This document shows, piece by piece, positions 24,603 through 36,463 of a stretch of DNA of 64,000 bases. Source of the stretch: Dudresnaya verticillata (Eukaryota). A program made the translations under genes and the position numbers. How positions within the stretch are numbered: the stretch's first letter is position 1; each line of letters begins with the position of its first letter. The stretch is taken from the NCBI GenBank assembly GCA_977862235.1, contig OZ374560.1, positions 1,922,001 to 1,986,000 of the forward strand, given 5' to 3'. Below the pieces are notes generated by a model. The model was not told the origin of the DNA. It searched no databases and saw nothing but the letters and a program-made list of their open reading frames with translations.

Positions 24603-26976
24603 CCGACTCGAACGCGAGTGACCGAGAACCGTTTTCTCGCACTCGCGCTTCACGAGTAACGGTACCAGATCTTCGCACAGACTCGCGTTCGCAGGCTCAC
24701 GGCAGCCAGTCCGACCTTTCGTATACGTACACTCCGTTGGAAATCGTTCCCTCGGATACCGTCGATCGACTCTTCTCGATGAAGCAAGTCTCCGGTTCAG
24801 AACTACGTTTACTCTACGAAGAGGTCATCGATGCGCTTTCTACCGCGTACCGTATCACGCAGCTTTCAATTCTTAATACGCACAATCGAGTTCACGAAGA
24901 GTTCAACAATCTCCGCGCTAGCAAGGTCCGTAGGATCGAAAACTCACTCGAGAGTCTCCGGGATCTCGTCTCGGGAGTCAGCAATCGGTTTCTCGTGCTC
25001 GAGCGCAACGTATCCGCCCCCGTGTGCAAGGCGAGTCACTCGCTTCCCGTTCGCAGCTCGCACGCATTCTCCGAGGAACAGTTGAACGCTATTCGTGACA
25101 TCGTGTCCGCAGCGTTACCGAAGTCTCGAAGTCGCGAAGATCATTCCGAAGCCCGTCCTGACCCCCGCAATTCGCCGCTAGTTCAACCCGTGCAAGGCCC
25201 GGGTGCCCAATCTACGTTACCGAAAAACACGTATCCGAATCCGTCCCCGCACCCTTTATCGCACCAGGCAACCGATGCCTCCGACAACCCCCGTATCAAC
25301 CCCGCATTATTCCGAGATTCGCTTCAACCACCGATGTCCCCCGGAGGACCCGTAATCGAAAATCCGTTAGCGCTCGCGGACCCGTGTCATCGTTCTGGCA
25401 CTGGGGCCCGCTCGAGCCGGGCGTCGAACCGATACCGACGCTCATTCCCGAATTCGCGCGGGCCGTAAGCTATCGATCGTATCGACTCACGAATTCGTCA
25501 CCTCGGGATAATCAACACGAAGTTCTTCCGAGGTAACACGTCGAAAACCGTTTCACGCATGCGTTCGATGATGCCGAGACTAGAGAAGTTTACGGGACGC
25601 GACCCGATTAAGGTTCTCGCATTTCTTCGTGATATTCGACAAGCGCTGAACGGATTCGGGCTCACCGAAGGAGCAGCAGTTCGTACGATTTCGTGGTTTC
25701 TCGATGAGACCGCGCTCAAGGTGTATCAACACTATGCCTTCGGAGGCGTTCGTACGGGCAACCCGGTTTGCTGGTCCGCGATCGTGAACGTGTTACTACA
25801 ACGATTTCTCACGGAAGACGTAATCGCAGACGCACACGATCGCGTGATAACCGCGAAGCAGAAGCCCGATGAAACCGAGATGGAGTTCGCGACTCGTTTG
25901 CAAGGCTACGCTGATGTCTGCTCCGGTGTCTACGATGACTCTTCGTTAACGCACCAGTTTATTCGTGGATTACTACCTACTACGTATCCTATCGTGGCCG
26001 ACCAGGTTCGCCGTTTACCGTTGTCCGAGCAAAATAATCTCATGAGCATGCAACGAATCGCGCAAGCCGAAGGCACGACATTCCGAGCTCGCGAACTACG
26101 TGACACCGCGGCGCAACAGTCGCGTGATTCGAAGAACCGAGCGTCCGCTACGTACCCGAAGAGTCGCCAAGCGCCCGGACGCACGATGCTTATCGAAGCT
26201 TGCGACACTCCCGGGAGTGAATACGAGTACCCGATGAACGAAGACCCGCAAATGGCCGTGACGATGATTCGTTCAGGAACCGGGTCCACATCCGCTACAC
26301 CGACTACTTCGACAGCGGTCTCCGTGGACGATACGTTAGATCTCACGAGTCGCATCGAGCGTTTCGTACCCGCGCGTGTCCCACCGATGACCCCGGAGCA
26401 AATCGAGATGGCGCGTTCGATGGTACCGAAGAATCAAGATGCGTGGCCGTGTTGGTTCTGTCGCGAAATCGGTCACCTCATGTATTCGTGTCCGTATCTT
26501 ACGAAGGAGCAACAAGTCTATTGCGCGTACCAGAACTACTTGTACCAACTCGAAACGAGACCGTATACGCGTAATAACTTCGTGAATCGCGGCGCATCAA
26601 GAGGGAATTCGTTCGCGTCCGTTGACAATCGAGGTCACCGTGGAAAAGACTCCCGAGGATCACGTGACAATCGCGTAAACCAAGATCTTCGTCAAGGCGA
26701 TACGCGCTACCCGAGGGACCGAGCCCAGCGTCAAGTCAGCTTTGAGCGTCGAGGACCGCCGACCGTCCTCCGCAATCCGAGACACGCGCAGGCCCCGGGC
26801 CGTCAACCGGTTCTCGCAGTCCGTGAAAACGTTGACGCGATTGAGCCGAGTCACCCGAACCTGCCCTCAGAGGCTTACGAAGACTCCGCGAACAACGGAA
26901 GAGGTGATCGATCAACCTCCCATTGGACGCGGACGCTCGCAATTCGGATTCTTGTTCGAGTTCGGAAAACGAGTAA
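24603..26976 (+). pseudogene. gag: Gag of D (5'-truncated, frameshifted)
   Basis: ELRLLYEEVIDAL, FTGRDPIKVLAFL and CWFCREIGHLMYSC match C's gag. Confidence 0.9.
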
Positions 26977-29900
26977 AGGCGAAGACGCCCGTTGTGTCAC
27001 GTACTTTGTCTGAATCCGTTCCCCGAGACACTCCGCGTATTCCGATTCCGAGAGCCGCTACGATGCGAAGGAAGCACGCTGCACGACGACGAGACCGAAA
27101 GCGATGTCGAGTCCTCGCGAAATACGCTTCTTGCGAAAACAATTCGAAGAAGATACCGATCTCGAAGACCGAACCCGAAGTTACCAGAGGGATACGTTTG
27201 CTTAATGACTTCGGAGATCTTCCTCGTGACCGGATCCATTGGCCTCGATGCCTCCGTAATGACGCCGCATACGATTGCAGTCGATACGTGTTCTGGTTAC
27301 AACCTAATAGCCCGGGCTGCGTTACCCACAGGTTGGGAAGCGAACGCGTCCACGATGGAATCAGCTCCGAGGCTCGCGTCCGCTGATCGCACCCCGTTGC
27401 AACTCGATGGTATCGTTTACCTGACAGTCCGCCTTGGGAACGTTCGATACCGCGTACCCTTCGTGGTTGCGGAGAAGCTCGCAGTCGACGTTCTCCTTGG
27501 AAGTTCGTGGATGGACGCGCATTTACGAAGCATCGTCACCATACCGAGTTATTCGCAGAAGCTAGTCACCGTGACCTCGGAAGCACTCGGACTAATTCAT
27601 ATCGAACCGAAGCCTTCGTTACAACACCGACACGGAGTACGGTTAACGAACGGGATACACGAAGTCAGTCCGAATCGCGAGTTTTCGGTGTTGATGGCGA
27701 ACTTCACGGATAAGCCTCGAGCTCTACCGAAGGGAATCGTCATCGTATACGCAGCTCGAAACCCGCTCGCGATTCTGACACCCGATCGCGAAGTCGCGGA
27801 TTCGTTTGCCAAGGTGCTCAACATCTCTACGCTACGTGAGCACGACGACTCGAAGTCACCAGAAGAATCCGTATCCACGAAGGAAAAACCGCTCACGAAG
27901 GGCGCCGCGACTGCAGCAGCAGAAGCCCATTCGAGTTCCCGCGATTGGGAAGAATGCGTAGACCTTTCGAACATACCCGATGAAACTATGCGAAACGAGG
28001 TCCTCGAGATGCTACGTAAGCACGAATCGATGTGGAACGGAGACCTCGGAACGATCGCAGCCACGGAGCATCGGATCGATCTACAACCCGGGACTCGACC
28101 TATTCGTTCGATGCCCTACCATCAAGGGCCCGCAATACGTCGTGAAATCGTCCGTAACGAAATCGACAGTATGCTCAAAGCCGGAGTAATCGAACCAGCC
28201 ACCTCGGAGTGGGCGTCCCCCGTAGTCCTCGCACCGAAGAAAGACGGAACACTTCGTTTTTGCGTAGATTACCGAAGACTCAATACGAAGACACTATCCG
28301 ACGCGTATCCGCTTCCCCGGATGGAAGATTGTATCGATTCACTCGGAGACGCTTCGATTTTCTCGACACTCGATTGTAACAGCGGGTAATGGCAGATTCC
28401 GGTTGCCCCGGAAGACCGCGATAAGACTACGTTTACTTCGTTTCTCGGAACTTATCGTTATCTTCGTATGACTTCGGATTGAAAAACGCGCCCGCTACGT
28501 TTCAACGCGCACTCGACATCATTCTACCCGGAGTCCGTTGGCAGTGCTGTCTCGTTTACCTCGATGACGTGATCGTTTTCTCCGCGAATCTTCGTGAACA
28601 CATCGCGCATGTCGATCAAGTTCTCACGCTACTTCGTAACTCCGGAGTTTCGCTCAAGATGAAGAAGTTCTTCCTTTTCCGAAAGCGAGTCGACTATCTC
28701 GGACACGTAATTTCCCCGGGGAAGCTGAGTATGGCCGAGAAGAGCTCCGAAGCATTCCGCTACGCGAAGTTCCCGAAGACACTCACGCAAGTCCGTTCGT
28801 TCCTCGGCGCGTGTAACGTATACCGAATATTCGTGAAACACTTCGCGAAAATTGCGCGACCATTGACGAACATGACGCGAAAGGACGCGGATTCCGACTA
28901 CGAGAATCCCACGGAGGATCAGGTTACCGCATTCGAAACGCTCAAACGGAAGCTCGTGTCACCGCCGATACTCCGGTTACCGCAACTCGGGAAACGTTAC
29001 ATTATCGATACGGACTCGTCTGCGAGTCAACTCGGATGCGCGTTGCTACAGGAGCAAGATAACGAAGAATTCCCACCCGTGGGCTACTGGTCGTATTCGT
29101 TAAACGATGCCGAGAAGAACTACTCCGCAACCGAGCGCGAATGCTACGCAGTCGTATGGGCGGTTACTTCGTTGCGTCCGTATATCGAAGGGACCCGGTT
29201 CACCGTGCGTACGGACCACGATGCGCTCCGATGGCTTCTTTCTCTCACCGATTCGTCCGGGCGACTCACGCAATGGAGGCTTTGCTTAGCCGAATTCGAC
29301 TTCGAAATCGTTTATCGCCCCGGTCGCGTCCACCAGATTCCCGATGCCCTCTCACGATTGCTACTTCCGCATCGCGAACAACCCGCAATCGACGACGAAG
29401 TTCCTACGTTTGACTCGGATGAAATCGCAGCGAAGAACGAAGAACGTTTCCGCAACGACATCACGAAAACCATCGAAAACGAAAAAGACCCGGTTCTCAT
29501 TACTACGCGATCCCGCAAACGTCAATCGAAGACCACCGCGATTCGCCACGACTCTACGCGAAATACTACACCCGCGAAACGCGTACATCGAGCAGGCAAT
29601 TGCGAAATACTACACCCGCGAAACGCGTACATCGAGCAGGCAATTGGCCACGACCCACAGAGGTCACCACGGGTTCCGCACCCCACAATCATACGTGCCA
29701 CGAAGGCTGCGAACACGAACACGACGCAGAACTACGTGATGAATACGCAGGACAAAAGGATGTCTACGATGACTGCGATTTATGGGACGATATCGATGAC
29801 GATGATCCGTTTGACCTTTATCGAATTGACCCCAACGAAGAACCGAGTGACCTCACCGACGTGAAACCCGTGGACCTACCTGCGCCGATTACGGTAACCG

Positions 29901-31435
29901 AAATCCTCGAAGGACAACGTATTGATTCGTTCTGCCAAACGGTGCAACCACGACAATCGAAAACGAAGGATAGTCTCTTTCACGAAGATGGAGACGGTCT
30001 CCTGCGACGAACGCACCCCACGATTCCGAAGCTAACGCAAATCGTATTGCCCGAGACGCTCCGACCTCGCTTGCTCACGCTGGCGCATCATTCGTTACTC
30101 GCTGGCCACCCGGGGCAAAATCGTATGTTCTACTCGCTTCGTGAAACGTATTACTGGCCTTACATGGCAGCCGATATCGCATCCACGGTTCGTAACTGCA
30201 AATATTGCGCAAGGAATCGAATCCGTCTCCGAAGGAATCTTCATCGCTTGAAGCTCTTCCCCGCTACGCGCCCACTTGAATCGGTCGCGATTGACATCTT
30301 AGGCCCGTTGCCACGAACGAAATTCGGACGCAAGTTCATCCTCGTGATTACGGATCGCTTTACGAAGTTGACCCAGGTGGCCACACTACGAGTAATAACC
30401 GTGTATCACGTGGCCGTTGCCTTTTGCGAAGTTTGGATATTCAAGTATGGACCGCCAGCCTCGGTGCTCTCGGATAACGGGAAACAGTTCACTTCGAAGT
30501 TCTTTCAGGGCGTCTGTCGCTTACTCGGGTTATCGAACTTATTCACTTCCGCGTATCATCCGCAAACGAATGGACAAACCGAACGCTATAACCGCACTAT
30601 CCTCGCGATGCTTCGTAACTACGTGAACGACCACCAAAACGATTGGGACCGCTATGTCTCCGCGTTAACGTATTCGTACAATTGCCACGTTCATCGGTCT
30701 ACGAAGACAACTCCGTTCTATCTCGTTTTATCGCGACCGCCGCCCGAGTTCACCGCGAAAAATCGCTCCCGGAAGCATCGACCAAGACCCACGGAGGACC
30801 TTCGCAACGATTTCGTTAAGCGACTCGATTTCGCCATCGATTCCGCACGCACTTCGTTACAGCGAGTTCAAAATCGTTACAAACGCGACTCCGATAAGCG
30901 CATCCGCCACACGAAGAGCCGCGTCAAACCCGGAGACTACGTGTACCTTGATACCCACGATGGGAAAACGAAACTTCCGAAGTTGAAATCCCCCGCGGGG
31001 GGGCCGTACAAAGTGCTCTTCAACGACACGCGTACACTCGTGATCGATCGCAAGGGTCTCGTTGAACGCGTCTCCGCGGACCACTGCATCTACGCGCCAC
31101 CACCTACGAATTCGCGACCATCGATTACGCGACCCGAAGACATTGCGGAAAAGGTCACCCAAGGCCCCGAATACGTTGTCGATCGCATCCTCGATCACTC
31201 GACCGACGAAGCCGGAAAATTCGTGTTTCGTATCAAGTGGGACGGCTTCGCGACGCCTACGTGGGAACCTCGTACGCACGTGCCCGAAGAACTCGTTTCG
31301 CGCTACTTCGCAAGGCTTCGAAGCCAAGCGGACCCGCGTGATCCCGTGCTACTCGCCCACGAATGGCTCTCCGACTGGGACCCCGAGTGGTTCCGTGGCC
31401 CCGACTTCGTGCTCCGCAATTCGTCGCACGATTAA
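26963..31435 (+). pseudogene. pol: Pol of D: PR, dUTPase-like, RT, RNase H, integrase, chromodomain
   Basis: VDTCSG; YLDDV; HHSLLAGH..CKYC; SDNGKQF; EYVVDRILDH..IKWDGF..TWEP. Stop at 28389 and several frameshifts. Confidence 0.96.
29558..29645 (+). repeat. Perfect 44-bp tandem duplication that frameshifts D pol
   Basis: GCGAAATACTACACCCGCGAAACGCGTACATCGAGCAGGCAATT x2. Confidence 0.95.
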
Positions 31436-32573
31436 CGCTCCCACCACGTGCTGACTACGAAGCTGCTCATTTCGATTGCCTCGGAGCATCCGATCGCCCA
31501 GTGCCGCTCGGCGCACATCGCGGCCAAACTTTGTGCTACTCGACATCGCGGCCCACCTTCGTGACTCGACTCCGTATTTCACGCCGCGCCTTCGTCGCGC
31601 ACGACCACAGCCCCGACACACACGCATGCCTCGGAGCAGATGGCCGCCACCTCGCACATGACGCTACCGCAGCTGCGCAATTTCGATGGCACGCGACGCA
31701 CGCCAACGCAACCCTCGGCGGCAACCCGCCGCGCTACTCCTCGGCCGCGCGCCGCACGACACCGAGGTCCTCGGAGACGACACGCCACCGCATCAACGAT
31801 ACGCGATCACGAAGCCCTTGCCCCCACGAAGTTGCGCTCCACGCCGTCGGGCGGTGTCGACCACCCCCGCCCCAACTCAGCGCCCCTCGTGAAATCCGCA
31901 AAGGCGCACCGCGCGCACCCGGTTGAACCGCGGCACTCGAATTACAGGGGCTGACACCGCGACAGACGGACACGGTGCCCTATACGTAACCATACGCGCC
32001 TGAAATCATACTTCGAGGCCGATGCCACCCGCCACGCGCACTTCGACTTCGTAACCCGCGCCTCACTTGCGACACGGAGCTCACCTGTTACGACGCACCT
32101 TCGTAACGACCACGGAGTCTCTCGCATGGCCTCGGCGCCCCATTACGCATACGTTCCGATCGCACCGATGCGCCCCGGAAGCAGCTCGCCCGCCCGCAAC
32201 AGCCCCGGAGCTCACGCGATCTGCCCTGCGCGATCATCGCAACACCCGCACAGCTCCCCGAGGAGCACTTATCCGCAACCCACCCCCCAAGCACGTTGGC
32301 GCGGACGCCCTCGTCTTGAGGAGGGGGCCGTGCATGTGAAATTCCGAAGTCTCGATGACGCCGCCATTCGAGAACCGAAGCTGCGATTACGAATCCGTTT
32401 TGTCTCCGTGATCCCCGAGGTCTTCGCGGACTCCGAGGTCCAAGTCAATCGCGATTCGCAACTCTCGGTTTGTCGCGGTCGGACCATATCGAAATTCCGC
32501 GCTTCGTATAGCATCGTTTGCACGCAGGCCACGCCAATTCGTAAATCCGTAACCCGCGACCAGGAAGTTCGCT

Positions 32574-32589
32574 CTTGAGGAGGGGGCCG
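32574..32589 (+). promoter_or_regulatory. PPT of D (identical second copy at 32315-32330)
   Basis: CTTGAGGAGGGGGCCG abutting the LTR. Confidence 0.88.
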
Positions 32590-33431
32590 TGTGGTATAGA
32601 CGCTATCCGTGAAATGACTCCGTGGCCTACGTGAAAATAATCGAAAAATACGAATTTCGAAATGACTCCGTGAATGCGCACGCCACGATGGCAAACGTAT
32701 TACAGTGCGCATACTGTGCGCACGCCACGATGGCATACGCATTACAGCACGCACGTGATACGAAATCGCTGACACCTCCGGACGAATCCCGAGCCGACTT
32801 CGTAATCGCGCGCACCACGATGGCATTCGCATTACAGTGCGCACCCGATACGAAATCGCTGACACCTTTGTGACTTTCCCGTTGTTTCCCGTGCGTAACG
32901 GCACCGGGCCCACGAGACACGCGCACCTCCGTATGCATCGCTGGCGCACTTCGCAACCGCCACCATACGTGAGGAGACCGTTCGTTGGCACCGAGGCCGT
33001 TACGAATCATTCGAGTACGAACCGTCTCCCGCGTTGACGCGCATTCGTGCTCACGTAGTATTACTTAGCCAGTCGTCTGGCACAACCTCCGAGGGTTTCC
33101 GGTAAGCGACTAGCGCCCGGACCTCGGAGTCTTCGGTAAACGCCTGCTTCTTCGAGTTCGGTGTCTTCGTCTTCGTGACCGCGGATACGGTCGAGCCTCG
33201 CTTTCGATAGCCCCGCGCACCCGGAGTCATCCCCGGTGATCGATCGCTCGAGTTCTCCCTTCCGCACACGAATACGTTGACACCGTGGTCCTTCGTGTTG
33301 GTCGCTCCGCTCTACCACGCTACCACCGCTTTTCCTTTCTCCGTTAGGCTACGAGGCCATACGTTAGGCTCCGAGGCCATTCCTTACAGTGCGAGACTTC
33401 CTCGCGTCACCGTGGACTTCGTTATACCACA
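32590..33431 (+). repeat. 3' LTR of D (842 bp) with three internal CCACGATGGCA..ATTACAG repeats
   Basis: TGTGGTATA...TATACCACA; homologous to solo LTR 42155-42998. Confidence 0.93.
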
Positions 33432-33632
33432 ACACCGCCGCCGTTTCCCCCCGCTGACGTCTTCAAAGAACACATTCAAAGTTTTCTTCCTACTCCATCC
33501 GTCACCTACACGGAGAAGTTCTTCACCGCTCCGCTCTTCCCGATCGTTCTGCTACACGATGTTGGGACATTTTACGGACTTGGTGACATACCAGAAGGTG
33601 CCGTCGAGGGAACTGCAGTTTCTGATCTTAAG

Positions 33633-34283
33633 TGTGGTGAAGTGAGATTCGGCATCCAAGACAGTGGAAATGCATATAGTGTGGTCTCTACCGTTGCGAG
33701 ACGTGTGAACGTGTATCCGTGTCGATGTTGTGCGCATTGCTGTACGCTGGTACTTATTGCTGTACAGCAATGTAGCGCACCAACCATACCGGAGTATTTG
33801 TAGTATTTATTCTTTATTTTTAGTGAGTACCTGTACAGTGTGTAGAGTAGCGCGCCAGCCAATGAGAATGCTGCGCATGTCCGTGTCGGAGATTGAGACC
33901 AGCAGGGCCGATTCCACCATGGGTCCAGACCACTAGGGTCTGGCCCACACGGACCGGACCGATCGGTGCCACACTGACTTGTATATCAGGGCGGCACCGC
34001 AGCGGCTCCTAAGGTAAACGGGCAAGCAACCGTAGCCCAAGCCCTTACGGTTTTCCCCGCGCCCAGCCCGTTGCGGTCTACCACCACCACCGTTACGGAG
34101 TCCGTCCCGGCGCTTGTACCACCCCCTTGTCTGTTGCTTCCCAATATCCGTCTCGGTTAGCCGCTCGCTGTTCTCCCGTTTCGGTGCGAACTGCTCTACC
34201 ACCCCGTGGAGGTAGTGTTGCTCTCGTCCGTTAAGGAAAGTCAGGCCAGCTGTCCGTCTCGGAGTTCGTGGGTTTTCATTACA
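33633..34283 (+). repeat. Probable 5' LTR of E
   Basis: Starts TGTGGTGAAG and ends TTTCATTACA (degenerate inverted repeat); 3' half homologous to the inverted LTR at 39762. Confidence 0.65.
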
Positions 34284-34379
34284 CCATATTATGGCTGAAA
34301 GTTCCAACCTGCTCACGCATGTTTGGTTCGCGAAACTTCAGGGTATGAACGCGCGTGAAGTGAAAGAAGTTTTTGAAAC

Positions 34380-36463
34380 TTGTCGTCGCTTCCGTGGAGA
34401 CTTATCCTTCCGTCGCATGAACAGAGCAAACAACCAGTCTTATGGAACGGTGTGACTCTTCCAATGGGTCGTGCGGGAACTAAACCTTCACCCGTCGCCG
34501 AGAAGCAGGCCAACGCTGAACGAAACAGTCGCCAAGATGCTCCTGCGCCTCGTGATATCAACCCGTCGCGCGCTGAGAGACTTTTTGCCCAGCCGGATCG
34601 CCGTGCGAATAGTGCTTCGAACGTTTCTGCTGAAGCTCATGGTCAAGATGGCTTCCGCCCGGTGCGAGACGAATCTCGTAAGGCAGCTTACGTGCATCAG
34701 TACTTCGAGTCACGCAAGTTCACTGGCGATCTTTCTCAGTCCATAGACTTGTTGCTTCGTGATTACAATATCTACGCTCGTCAACATCGTCTTACCCCGG
34801 TGGAAAAGGCAGACTACTTCATCAATTTTCCAGAAGGCGCTGCCCGAAACTTCTTCTTCAACAACGCTCGAGACGATATGTCATTCGATAACATGGCGAG
34901 GCTAATGAAGAACGAGTACGACAACTATGCTCGACAGCTCCAAGTTCAGACCTCCTTGGAAAACCTCAAGCTCCACCGCTTCATGTCCGAGAAGGAGATA
35001 ACCTCTGTATCTGATGGGCTCACAAAAAGTTTCGACCACATCGAAGTCATGAGCCCACAGTGCGCTACATATTTTCGAAATTTGTGTCCACGTCCTGTGT
35101 CTTCGCTTGCATGGGGAGCAATCTTTAGGGCATCTTGACCGGTACGAAAGACTTTTTCAGATAGGGATGTCGGGACGCGATGCAAAAAAGGTAAATAAGC
35201 TTACTTATCATGTTGAATTCGCGCTTCAGAATGTTCAACCGGTTTCGAATGGATGCAGGATTGTATCGGTCCAATATCAGCTTGTGAGTGGGGTTCGCGC
35301 GTATTTTCTTGGCTTTTGTGGCTGTATTGATATTGCCCTTCTCGAAGAGGGAGCGCAGAAGTTTCCCCCCTCGGAATGGTCCGTTAGCGTTTCAAAGTTG
35401 CTTCCGTGCGGCATCGGAAAGAGTAAAGAGATTACTGAGCATGGGTAGGTTGGGTACGGGTTGGTACTGACCAAGCCTTGGCTCCTGATTTCAAATTGCA
35501 GTGGTGCTTTTGCTTCACCCCGCTCACAGCGCTGTATGGGAATCAAAAGCGCTCCATTTCCGTCCAAGCGAAACCCACCTTCTTTGAAGGCAAGTGTTGA
35601 TGTCAACACTGATGTCAACATCACACTGCTCCCCACCACAAACTTTGTCTCCAGTGGTGTATACAGCCCAGCAATGCACACTTGTACACGTCGCGTCTGC
35701 CGGTGTCAGCCGTACGTTTAATATTTCCGAACTTTCCCGCACTTCCCAGCACCGTATTCGCTACCTCCGTGGTGCTATCCTGCAGTACTCATGGGCGAAA
35801 ATTCCAATCAGCCATCTGGTCACTGCGAAGTACAGCTTCAACCAGTTCGCCACTGCTCTCCGCGAGAGCCTGGAACTCGAGGATGAGATCAAGGATCTGC
35901 AATCTGGTTCGAAATCTACCCGCTATGCGCCATTGCAAGAAACTCACTAGGGGCAGTACGGTCGTCACCCGAAGTACGTCCGAAAGCATGATGACAATCG
36001 CCCGAGGAACAAAAAGGCCCCGAACAAGTTTGGACGTACATTTGCTGAGAGCAGACGCCGTAAGGATTGTCACGAATGTGGTTTCTCTCCGTGGAATCCC
36101 AGTCATCGGTGTGCTCCGGGTTCCATTCGCAGCTATGTTCGAGACAAGCTCAGGAATGGGGAATCATCCGTGCATATTGTGTCGGACCTAGTTGTCGGCC
36201 TCGAGCAAGAGACCGACCAGCACCCTGAGGATGACACTGAGGATGGTAATGGCTTGCCAGGAAATCAAAGAATTGAGGAGACTCACCACCAGGCAATTAG
36301 TACCGACCTGGATGAGTTTGATACGCTTACCTCCACTTTTGCGCAACCCGTTGACACTTCCATAGTCGAAGAAGTCGACAAGGAATGGTTTACCCACCAC
36401 TTTTCTGCCGCGCTCTCGAACCAGGGTTCCAAACCTCATGAAGAAACCCAGGATTTTTGCTAA
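34380..36463 (+). pseudogene. gag: Gag of E, interrupted by a ~660-bp insertion
   Basis: KFTGDLSQSIDLLLRDY...MSPQC, resuming RTSQHRIRYLRGA...CHECG..H.C upstream of PR. Confidence 0.72.
35065..35725 (-). other. Foreign insertion in E gag; possible degenerate Pif1-family helicase fragment
   Basis: Minus-strand pieces in Pif1 motif order across frameshifts: KFVVGSSVMLT, LPLR/AISI/HKSQ, LSEKVFRTGQ. Confidence 0.35.

Larger units (their letters stand above)
24603..33431 (+). mobile_element. Element D: chromodomain-bearing Ty3/Gypsy lacking its 5' LTR and PBS
   Basis: gag, pol with IN and chromodomain, PPT, 3' LTR. Confidence 0.93.
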
